A stretch of 16,668 nt of DNA, taken from NCBI RefSeq assembly GCF_006345805.1, contig NW_021825092.1, positions 1 to 16,668 on the forward strand, given 5' to 3'. The notes beneath the pieces were generated by a model. That model worked only from the letters and a program-made list of their open reading frames with translations. It ran no database searches and was not told where the DNA came from. The position numbers and the translations under genes were made by a program. Shown piece by piece: positions 1 to 10,276 of this stretch (within the stretch, counting starts at the first letter, position 1; each line of letters starts with the position of its first letter). The stretch comes from Octopus sinensis (taxonomy: Eukaryota).

Positions 1-130
1 AGGAAGGAAGGAGGAAGGAAGGAAGGAAGGAAGAAGGAAGGAAGGAAGGAAGAAAGGAAAAAGGAAGGAAGGAAGGAAGGAAGGAAGGAGAAAGGAAGGA
101 ATGAAGAAAGGAAGGAAGGAAGGAAGGAAC
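1..130. repeat. (GGAA)n polypurine microsatellite
   Basis: Imperfect GGAA tandem, nearly all purines on the + strand. Confidence 0.97.
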
Positions 131-471
131 AAACAAACAAAGAGACTTTGCAGAGTATTGTTACTGAAAAATTAATACTAAGTTAAGTCTGTTTAATTAG
201 CAATGAGATGTGGCGATTCATTAACAATAACAACAACATCATCAGCCAGAAAAAAACAGCGGCAGCAAAAAGAATCAACTGGTTGCTTGAGATATTTTCT
301 TGGCGACCTTTTAAAGGATTCCGTGTGGAGGAATGGGTTGTGCCCGACGCTTTTGCAGGCCCCCAGTCACTGGAACGTGATTAAGTTTCTCCTTGAATAA
401 CTTCAAGTTGACAAATATAGGTAAGACATGAGCAGGGAAAAAGATCCAGATGAGTGCTGTAGTGTGTGTGT

Positions 472-640
472 GTGTGTGCATGTTCGCACTCGGAACACCT
501 AAAAGCTCCACGAGGCTCCAGCAGGGGGTGATGGCGACTCCTGTTGTACTCATTCGCCACAACTTTCTCTCACTCTCTCTTCCTGTCCAGCTGGTGGGGG
601 GGGGCACACGCCACGGAAACCGGGAAACCTGGCCCATGAG
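472..640 (+). mobile_element. Decayed SINE family C body
   Basis: agctccacgaggctccagcagggggtgatggcgactcctgttgtactcattcgccacaactttctctc and aaaccgggaaacctggcccatgagc align with the reverse complement of the intact copy at 5073-5353. Confidence 0.8.
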
Positions 641-1171
641 CGTGACTAACCTTGAAAAGGGCGAAAAAAAAAACATGTTTATTAAACTTTTAGAAAGCGA
701 AACTTCGAAGCTACTGTCAACGTTTTCAGCATAAAAGTTAAATGAATATATATATATATTTATACATCAACACCCCATGTTAGAAATGTCATGTACATAC
801 ACGAACATTCCACACCTTTTGTACAGTCGACACACTCAACCTTCGTATCATATATTAATAGAACACAAAAGGTGGTCAACATGTTACGTATACAATATAT
901 CATCGGCAAAGTGCGAACTCATTCTAGGAGATTTGAAGAAAGTTTCAGAAAAATAGAAGTATTGCTGAAATTGTTAATTCTATAATTACTTGGTGAGAGA
1001 ACATTATGTCAACATATCAAAATGTAGTTGTGTTCCACAGTGTTTGTGAAGCAGAGAAGAGTTCTTATCGGACAGCGGGTTATTTATTTTCATGAACATC
1101 ATTATGGCTACGTCTGTGCTTCTCTTTTTGATTTACTCCAGCGAATGTGAAGCTCTGAACTTTTGAGGATG

Positions 1172-1675
<504 letters not shown>

Positions 1676-1740
1676 CATACGTATAAACTCGTATTGGAAG
1701 ACTTCAATTTCCCCATCCTCAAATGTTCAGAGCTCTACAT

Positions 1741-1892
1741 ATATACAACGGGCTTCTTTCAGTTTCCGTCTACCAAATCCACTCACAAGGCTTTGGTCAG
1801 CCCGAGGCTATGGTAGAAGACACTTGCCCAAGGTGCCACGCAGTGGGACTGAACCTAGAACCATGTGGTTGGTAAGCAAGCTACTTACCACA
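1741..1892 (-). mobile_element. SINE family A 5' half flanked by a 27-bp direct repeat
   Basis: Reverse complement of the family A head through gaagcccg(TA)n. Flanks 1714-1740 and 1893-1919 read catcctcaaatg(t/a)tcagagctctacat (1 mismatch). Confidence 0.9.
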
Positions 1893-2391
1893 CATCCTCA
1901 AATGATCAGAGCTCTACATTCGCTGGAGTAGATCAAAAGAGAAACACAGACGTAGCCATAATGATGTTCATGAAAATATATGATCCGCTGTCCGATAAGA
2001 ACTCTTCTCTGCTTCACAAACACTGTGGAACACAACCAGATTTTAATACATTGACATAATATTCTCTCACCAAGTAATTATAGAATTAAATAAGCATAGT
2101 AAAAAAAAGTTTGTTGCTCAGTATTTCAGAAAAAAAAAAAACCACTCAAAATCTCTCCAAACTGTATTTTCACAAGTGTCACTATAAATCAATATGAATT
2201 GGCGCCAGATTCTCTCTGTGCAAGACAATAACACAATACAGAAGCATTTTGTCAATAATGCTAAATAAATGCATTCAACACATCCCAGACAACAAGGCTA
2301 AAAGTTCACAAAACCATCATCATGACACTGAACGGGAAAGTTTTTCTCGTGACAAAGAACAAAGTGACATTCTTCAACAGCTATACATAAA

Positions 2392-2405
2392 TACATACAT
2401 ACACC

Positions 2406-2471
<66 letters not shown>

Positions 2472-2497
2472 CATATTATATTATATTATATTATACG
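2392..2497. repeat. (CA)n/(TA)n microsatellite
   Basis: Direct reading. Confidence 0.95.
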
Positions 2498-2639
2498 CAT
2501 TAGTGAACAGTTGGCAATTATGCGGCCACAAAATTGAAACAAGTACGAAAATATTTACATGAGGATATAATGAAGAAGTCAATTATAAGCCGCGATATGT
2601 GCTTATATTATATAATATATATATATATATTATATATAT

Positions 2640-3199
2640 GTAGGTCCCGGGTTGAGTCGGGTTAACCATAACAGTAAATAAGTACTCAATACATAGCAGA
2701 GTAAATTAATTTATTATATAGAAGGAGCTTCTACAGGACTAGAACTGTTTCATTCAAAAGAAATCATCAGGAAGCTAGTAGACAAGAGTTGTTTTGGCAT
2801 TTATACATTTAGGCAGGTGAAATGGGTGGTGGGGGGGGGACTTTTTGGGGGGTAGGCATGGCGCAAAACTGTCATTATTAGGGGAATGGTCAAAGGAATC
2901 GGTGGTAAAGTAGATAAAAGAATAAATAAAAGAATAAAAAAATAATAGAAAAATATAGTTTTTAGGTAAGTAAGAGACTCTCACTTGTACATCTACATAT
3001 ATATATACACATATCTACACCTACATATTCACATATATCTATACATATGCATACATACCCACATATACATACATATATATATGCATACATACACATATAC
3101 ACATACATATACATATACATATATATATATATACATATATATACACGTACCCATGTACGTACACACAAATACACATATACACATATACACGTATATATA
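2640..3199 (-). mobile_element. Penelope-like terminal (pLTR-type) fragment, left arm of palindrome
   Basis: Carries a hammerhead core on the minus strand, sits in (TA)n, and extends ~70 bp (2640-2710) beyond the palindrome. PLE assignment is inferred from the known PLE-hammerhead association; no RT or GIY-YIG ORF is present. Confidence 0.65.
2726..2776 (-). ncRNA. Minimal type I hammerhead ribozyme motif (minus strand)
   Basis: Exact reverse complement of 3623-3673. Confidence 0.75.
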
Positions 3200-3688
3200 T
3201 ATATATGTATATATATGTATGTATATGTGTATTTGTGTGTACGTACATGGGTACGTGTATATATATATGTATATATATATATGTATATGTATATGTATGT
3301 GTATGTGTATGTATGCATATATATATGTATGTATATGTGGGTATGTATGCATATGTATAGATATTGTGAATATGTGGGTGTAGATATGTGTATATATATA
3401 TGTAGATGTACAAGTGAGAGTCTCCTTACTTACCTAAAACTCTATTTTTCTATTTATTTTTTTATTCTTTTATTTATTCTTTTATCTACTTTACCACCGA
3501 TTCTTTTGACCACTCCCCTAATAATGACAGTTTTGCGCCATGCCTACCCCCCAAAAAGTTCTCCACCACCATCCATTTAAACCTGCCTAAATGTATAAAT
3601 GCCAAAACAACTCTTGTCTACTAGCTTCCTGATGATTTCTTTTGAATGAAACAGTTCTAGTCCTGTAGAAGCTCCTTCTATATAATAA
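3200..3688 (+). mobile_element. Penelope-like terminal fragment, right arm (3'-truncated inverted copy)
   Basis: Inverted copy of the left arm, ending 21 nt after the predicted cleavage site and abutting (TA)n(GATA)n. Confidence 0.65.
3623..3673 (+). ncRNA. Minimal type I hammerhead ribozyme motif
   Basis: Stem I AGCTTC 3623-28 / GAAGCT 3668-73; core CTGATGA 3629-35; stem II TTC/GAA with TTTT loop, closed by an atypical U.U; GAAA 3648-51; stem III CAG/CTG with 8-nt loop; GUA triplet, predicted cleavage after A3667. Confidence 0.75.
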
Positions 3689-3705
3689 TATATATATATA
3701 TATAT

Positions 3706-3775
<70 letters not shown>

Positions 3776-3830
3776 GGATGGATGGATGGATGAATGGATG
3801 GACGGATGGATGGATATATAGATAGATAAT
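3689..3830. repeat. Compound (TA)n(GATA)n(GGAT)n microsatellite
   Basis: Direct reading. Confidence 0.97.
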
Positions 3831-4110
3831 AGATATACATACAGACATAAACATACACAACTAAATGCATATATACACACATATGCATTTGAATATACGT
3901 ATATATAAACATAAATACATAAGTATATATACGTATATGTCTATACGTACATGCTTGCATACATACACATATTTTTATGCATGCATGTTCATATATATGC
4001 GTGTGTGCATATATATACGCGCGCGCTGTGTGTGGTATATTTGATATATGCCCAATTAACTAAAGTCCAATGATCATTAATTTAGACAAAATGTGTGTAA
4101 GCATAACATT

Positions 4111-4265
4111 TGTTGTTGTTGTAGTGGTGGTTGTTTAATCACGGTTTGGCCCTTCTCGAGCTGGTCTATAATCAATAATGTTCCAGAGGTAACCTTTCGA
4201 TCTATTTTACCACATCTAGCTATCGTCTGTGATTTAAGACATATTTTGGTTGCTATTCACCTCAG
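4111..4265 (-). mobile_element. Highly decayed SINE-like family D 3' end
   Basis: (TTG)n tail and weak reverse-complement similarity to 6440-6513. Confidence 0.35.
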
Positions 4266-5072
4266 ATTGAGTAACCGGGTATGAGTCCCTTCATTGGCTC
4301 GGTAACTCCTTTAGTGGTCTTTGTAAAAGCAGCCGATATTTCAGTTGTCTTTTCTGTGTGTGACACATTAAATCTTCATTGGTTCGCTTTAAAGGCAGCA
4401 CCAAGCTGAATTTATTACTGCATATCAATGCCGAATTTACTACTGCATATTTAATGCTTTCACCAACATCTAGTAAATGTAGTTTCAACCGAACCTTCAA
4501 ATTAAACTTGAATCGCATAACATATAAGTTAAACATATAAAGAGTAATCATTCAGAAAGCAAGACAATGAACCACCCAGCATAAATATAAAAACCAACCA
4601 CACAAGGAGGGGGCACCGCCAGACAGGTGCAAGAGAAATTAGGCCAGCGATAAAAAGATCTTCTCCTTAACTGAGGCTACAGAACAGTTTAATGTGACAT
4701 AAGAAGGCAAAATGTATAAAATAAATATGCAACAATTATATAGAAAAGGTAAAGTTATTCACATACCAAAACATCCTAGACATACCAGAAGGAAGAAACG
4801 TATCGATTGCTACAATTTGCCAAAGAACATTAATGTTAAGAGCAACTTATCAGAAAGCATTTCCGGGAAAGCCACAAATTTCGACAGGTGTTTAATAGGA
4901 ACAACGCTTGAGTACAAGGTTTTTTAACCTTTTTACGATTCCCAACTGCTAATATATCTCCATATTTCCTTCTTCATATCGTGGAAATCATCGCTACCAG
5001 TCCTATTACGCTTCGGTATAACTTGAAAAATGCCAATATGTTTATATGAGTTATATTGTTGATTGAACATTT

Positions 5073-5353
5073 TGTTGTTTGTTCCTTCTCGAGCCACGCC
5101 TGGCTCATAAGGGCCGGTTTCCCGGTTTATTTGACGTATAGGTTCCCCACCTGAACGGGACGCCGGTTTGTCGCAGGTGAGCTGCAAGATGCAGGAGGAA
5201 AGAGAGAGAGAAAGTTGTGGCGAAAGAGTCAGCAGAAATTCGCCATTACCTTCTGCCGGAACCGCGTGGAGCTCGCCCAGTCTGAGATTCGAACCCGCGA
5301 TCCCTCGACCGCGAGTCCGCTGCTCTAACCACTAGGCCATGTGCTTCCACATC
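5073..5353 (-). mobile_element. tRNA-derived SINE family C with 12-bp TSD
   Basis: Minus-strand head gtggaagcacatggcctagtggttagagc...gggttcgaatctc contains A box TGGCCTAGTGG and B box GGTTCGAATC. Tail is (AAC)-rich. TSD gattgaacattt at 5061-5072 and 5354-5365. Confidence 0.93.
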
Positions 5354-5529
5354 GATTGAACATTTACTAACTGTTGTAGTTATATCCAGATTTCTGGATA
5401 TAGTTTAGCTTGCTTTTAATTCTTCTACAGGAGCAAGAAAACGATGGTCTTTTATGGTTTTACTTTGCATATTGATAACAAGGAACAGGAAAGAAAATCA
5501 TAAGGTTTTTAGCGTAGTTATTTATAAAA

Positions 5530-6052
5530 AATAATGATCTCAAATTTTGGCATAAGGCCAGTAATTTTAAGAAAGCATGTAAATTGACCACGTCGATCCC
5601 TCTGCCCAACAGGTACTTATTTTACTGACCCCGCCGAGATGAAAAGCAAAGTCGACCTCGATGTAATTCGAACGCAAAAAGTAATTAGTCGGAGAAAATG
5701 CCTATTTCTTTACTACCCACAAGGGGCTAAACACAGAGAGGACAAACAAGGACAGACAAACGGATTAAGTCGATTATATCGACCCCATTGCGTAACTGGT
5801 ATTTATTTAATCGACCCCGAAAGGATGAAAGGCAAAGTCGGCCTCGGCGGAAATTGAACTCAGAACGTAACGGCAGACGAAATACCGCTGAGCATTTCGC
5901 CCGGCGTGCTAACGTTTCTGCCAGCTCGCCGCCTTATTTCCTTCTTCAAATCGTAGAAATCATCATCATCATCATTCTTTCTGCCAGCTCGAGTCGGAGA
6001 AAATGCCGCTGAGCATGTTGCCCGAAACGCAAACGATTCTATTAGTTCGCTG
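5530..6052 (-). mobile_element. Old SINE family B copy interrupted by a younger family B copy
   Basis: Diverged aaagcaaagtcgacctcg and gctgagcatgttgcccgaaacgc halves flank the insert. 16-bp TSD agtcggagaaaatgcc at 5687-5702 and 5992-6007. Confidence 0.85.
5703..5933 (-). mobile_element. Young full-length tRNA-derived SINE family B
   Basis: Minus strand reads ggcggcgagctggcagaaacgttagc...gagttcaatttcc (B-box-like)...aaagaaata. High identity to the array units at 14455-15169. Confidence 0.93.
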
Positions 6053-6339
6053 GATTATTTATAGAAAAGAATACGAGTGACCGAGTAGCATACATCCATT
6101 CTTTGGTTCTCCTTTTCCGAACAGCGTATGTATATTACCGGTTAAGAAAACCAACTCTAGTACTTCATTAAACTATACTAGTAGTATTTCCAAATATTTG
6201 TAATACCATTAAAAACAATAATGCAAAAAAATTATATGGAGAAACTGTACAAACATTGAACCCCTTCCATATGGAGGAAGAATATCTTCATATATAATCA
6301 TTAAAGAGCAGACGACTAGCGACGAACCAATAAGAGATC

Positions 6340-6515
6340 TATGAAATCGTTCGACCTGCTAGAAAGAGCGACGACATTTTCTTAAACAAAAGAAGGACAC
6401 GTTGGATAATATAGTTCTAGTTACAACTATAGCGACGAGATGGTCATGGCTTGAATACCTTTGATCATAGGTTGGTTCGATCTGGAATGAACAAGGTCTA
6501 AGAAATAAGAACATG
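6340..6515 (+). mobile_element. Decayed SINE-like family D remnant
   Basis: Shares cgacctgctag (6352-6362) and tcttaaa...aagga.ac.ttgga.aat with 11214-11292. Confidence 0.45.
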
Positions 6516-6789
6516 TCTAGCTATACAGGAATTACAAAACATGTATGCAAATGTCGCCAGTACATATTTCAGCAATATTACTTGGAGAACAATATGTATT
6601 TTTAAACAATAGTACAACATTCAAGATTCTATTCAGGAAAGGTGAAATAGAAGGTTAAAAAATAATATTGTATAAACAATTTTAGACCGAGCAATAAATA
6701 TTTTTGAGAGAGATCTATAGTCAAACCTATCTTAATTTTAAACAAAAAAAAAGTGGCGAGTTTATATTATGTAGACTATTAACTCTTTG

Positions 6790-6967
6790 CCTGTGGCCAT
6801 GCTGGAGCACCGCCTTTAGTCGAGCACATCGACCCCATGACTTATTCTTTGTAAGCCTAGTACATATTTTATCGTTCTCTTTTGCCGAACCGCTAAGTTA
6901 CGGGGACGCAAACACACCAACATCGATTGTCAAGCGATGTTGGGGGGGCAAACACAGACACACAAAC

Positions 6968-6998
<31 letters not shown>

Positions 6999-7160
6999 CA
7001 TACGACGAGCTTCTTTCAGTTTCCGTCTACCAAATCCACTCACAAGGGTTTGGTCGGCCCGAGGCTATAGTAGAAGACACTTGCCCAAGGTGCCACGCAG
7101 TGGGACTGAACCCGGAACCATGTAGTTCGTAAGCAAGCTACTTACCACACAGCCATTCCT
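6790..7160 (-). mobile_element. tRNA-derived SINE family A, full length
   Basis: Minus strand has A-box-like TGGCTGTGTGG (7145-7155) and B-box-like gggttcagtccc, and is collinear with 1172-1675. Confidence 0.93.
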
Positions 7161-8021
7161 ACGTGTGTGGATGAATTATAGACTAAGCAACACTTTTCTC
7201 AGAAAGGTGTCTAAAAATGACTATCCCTCAGTTTAGAAAATAGTTCTATATATTAAACCATAAACAGACAGACAGGTAGGTAGGTTGGTAGGTAGGTAGA
7301 AGCTAAGCTTGCGACTGGAGTAACTCAAATGTCAAATGCTTTGTACTAAGGTGCTTATGGAACAGTTTGTTTGCAAGTGACTGGCGTATTTGAATGTGAG
7401 TGTATGAGAGAAAGATAGAGCAAGAGAGAATGAGAGAACGAGAGAGAAAACGATGCATATACAAATATATTTATACGTCCTTCGCATATATTTTTATGAA
7501 TAAAATCAGTCTTCCTGAGAGTAAAGCGGATGTTTGGATCATATATCATTAGCAATACACTTTGTAGTTTCCAACTTGAACTTATATATTTGTAATAATT
7601 CTGAGCTCTCGTACATCCGTTGTTAAAAGCTAAAGGACCAGTGCAATTCTCTTTAATTTTTAGCTTTAGGATATTAGAACATAACCACAGCTCAATCATA
7701 AGATCTGCATTTAGGTTTGAAAGACTCGACATAAACCTAGTTAACAGCCTTTCAAGCTGTATCTTTAAAGGGACATGATCTAATAAAAGCTGAATCCCAT
7801 ATAAACTAATATATATTGGCAAGTAATCGAACAGAAGCATACACAGATACAAACATACGAAAACGTGCATAATAAATATATGCATGTACAGCTACGTACA
7901 TACAGGCATGTATGTGTGTGTGTGTGTATGCTACATACATTCATCCTTGGATAGTTATAATGTATGTATCTGCATATTTGCATATAGTTAGAAAGCTAGA
8001 TAAATTGAAAGACTGACGAAT

Positions 8022-8448
<427 letters not shown>

Positions 8449-8966
8449 GATGGCTTCTGGATATTTATTCGCAACAGGTAGTGCTTAGGCAGACTGAAAC
8501 TATAATTAATAATTATTAAATAAAATATGTAGACAAATTTCCAATGCATAATAAAACAATAAAAATGCTAATTAAATGGCGATTCACTGAATAATTTCAT
8601 AAACGGCCAATATTTTGATGTTAGCCTATTACAACTACCCATAACTTTCAACCATAATATACGTACTAACGCTAGCAATGTTTAATATAAGTGCTGTGGA
8701 TGAAGCTGCAAGATGCATTAATATTGCGTCGTACGACATAAAAGCGGAATAATTTCTGTCTTTCGTGTAGAATTAGACCGCTCATTAGAGAGTGAAAAGT
8801 TTACATGTGCCTGTTAAATCGTCTGCCTCTGGTGATTGAACTAATTTCGTGGCACAAGTTTACTTTTATGTACGTGTAAAAACTACTACTAATGAATACT
8901 TACATTTATATATAAAATACACATGCCACATTATATCATATCTATATAAATGTATATATATATATA

Positions 8967-9060
8967 TGACGTCAAGCTACGCTGAATTGACCACCTAACA
9001 GGCATTATAAAACCGAACACTTCACAAAAACTCATTAGAACCACCCAGCGAACATCCACC
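8967..9060 (+). promoter_or_regulatory. Candidate Pol II core promoter and short 5' UTR
   Basis: Perfect CRE TGACGTCA 8967-8974, TATAAAA 9006-9012, Inr-like TCATT with A at 9034 (28 nt from the TATA T), CCACCATGG at 9056-9064. Confidence 0.4.
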
Positions 9061-9083
9061 ATGGGTCATCACATTTGCTTAAG
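9061..9083 (+). CDS. Candidate first coding micro-exon MGHHICL(R/S), phase-2 donor
   Basis: ATG in strong Kozak context, then AG|GTAAAA at 9083/9084. Unspliced it stops at once (AGG TAA). No homology recognised. Confidence 0.22.
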
Positions 9084-9477
9084 GTAAAAATGAATTCCTC
9101 GCTCTTTCGGAAACATCAATCTTCTGTATTGACCGCTTTCCACCACTTTGATCTGTTTTTTGTATTGAATACGTATCGCCACCGTGGGCCACTGCATCGA
9201 ACACTTTGAACATATACTTCAAATATATATCAAATATACATGAACTATATCAACTATACTAACATGAACTCTAAGATGTCTGACTCCGTTGTGTATTATA
9301 AATGAATTTCTTGTGTTTGACGGCATGAGCTGTCTTTTTTTATATATAACTTTTTTTGATAAGGTTCATTTCAGGAACTGAAACATGTTATAATGTATAT
9401 ATAAAAATTAAAAATTGTATAATACAGCAGCATTTTCGAACTTCATTTTTTACAAATATATATATATATATATATAT

Positions 9478-9697
9478 TCACATTCAAAATGTGACCGCGT
9501 GTGTACCGTTGGCGATTTTTTTCCTCCGTCTTCCCTTCTCTGGATCTTTCCTTTACTTATGTTTCTGACGAAGAGCTCCGCTCGAAACGTAAAACCCTCC
9601 TTCTTCCCTTCCTTCCTGAGCGTCCAATAATACTATATTTGTACCACGTCCTCGCGTTGTTGTGTTTTCTCTTTGTGTTTTCATGTTTGGATTAACT
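9478..9697 (+). mobile_element. Second Penelope-like terminal fragment inserted in (TA)n
   Basis: ~220-bp pyrimidine-rich unit flanked by (TA)n on both sides and containing a minimal hammerhead. Unrelated in sequence to the 2640-3688 element. Confidence 0.65.
9561..9595 (+). ncRNA. Ultra-minimal type I hammerhead (dimer-type) motif
   Basis: GTTT-CTGACGA-A-GAGC-TCC-GCTC-GAAA-CG-T-A-AAAC: stem I GTTT/AAAC, stem II GAGC/GCTC, stem III reduced to palindromic ACGT, predicted cleavage after A9591. Confidence 0.7.
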
Positions 9698-10044
9698 ATA
9701 TATATATGTGTAGGGGGGGTGTATGTATTAAATATTGTTTGCGTGTAATATATGTTTGTATGTATGTATGTATAAATTATACAAATTTATGTAGAGATTG
9801 TTAACTTTAACAAGGCTCAGAAACAGGCTAGAATTAAAGTGCTCTAATTGAGCTATGTTCCAATTTATGATTTCGATGGAGGCAATACCAGCGGAAAACT
9901 AGAGGAACATGACCTATTATCCAATAGAATATTCAATATATATGTGTAATTTCATTGGACATTAATAAATCAATATAAATTCCAGATAATACAGTATTAA
10001 AACATACAAGTATATAAACGTATAAATATTTAACTTTTTAAAAA

Positions 10045-10106
10045 TACGCATGTATGTATACATGTATGTATGCATGTATTATATATATTATATATATATA
10101 TAATAT

Positions 10107-10192
<86 letters not shown>

Positions 10193-10206
10193 TGTATATA
10201 TATATA
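10045..10206. repeat. (TA)n/(TATG)n microsatellite
   Basis: Direct reading. Confidence 0.96.
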
Positions 10207-10276
10207 TTTGTTTGTGGGGAGGCGTAAAACTGACTCGAAATAATAAAAATGCAAATTTGTAACTCTGCTATGTTAT

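Larger units (their letters stand above)
2711..3688. repeat. 978-bp near-perfect palindrome centred on (TA)n at ~3200
   Basis: 2711-3199 is the reverse complement of 3200-3688, including the low-complexity middle, with scattered substitutions (e.g. ggaatggt vs ggagtggt, caaagg vs caaaag). Confidence 0.96.

Noticed and set aside
193-220. ttaattagc/tggcgattca motif pair recurring near 8568-8586
   Set aside because: Matches of 9-10 nt are expected by chance in 16 kb of AT-rich DNA.
238-244. Other CTGANGA heptamers (minus 238, 13843, 13987, 15959; plus 14388)
   Set aside because: No compatible GAAA, stems and UH site.
359-420. Possible exon between ttttgcag and ag|gtaag
   Set aside because: Stops in all three frames.
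2962-3960. Many overlapping 60-177 aa ORFs on both strands
   Set aside because: Products of the TA/CA-rich palindrome and GATA repeats; symmetric ORFs are expected from a palindrome.
4405-4455. 25-bp two-copy tandem duplication inside ORF 4291-4551
   Set aside because: Ordinary slippage duplication; the ORF has no recognisable homology.
4933-5187. 84-aa minus ORF
   Set aside because: The N-terminal half is SINE C, and removing the SINE places a stop directly before the remaining MFNQ segment.
5272-5350. tRNA gene
   Set aside because: A tRNA-like head continuous with a SINE body, tail and TSD; no complete cloverleaf.
9100-9240. Minus-strand KVFDAVAH resembling the RT motif KAFD.V.H
   Set aside because: No flanking RT motifs in any frame; likely chance.
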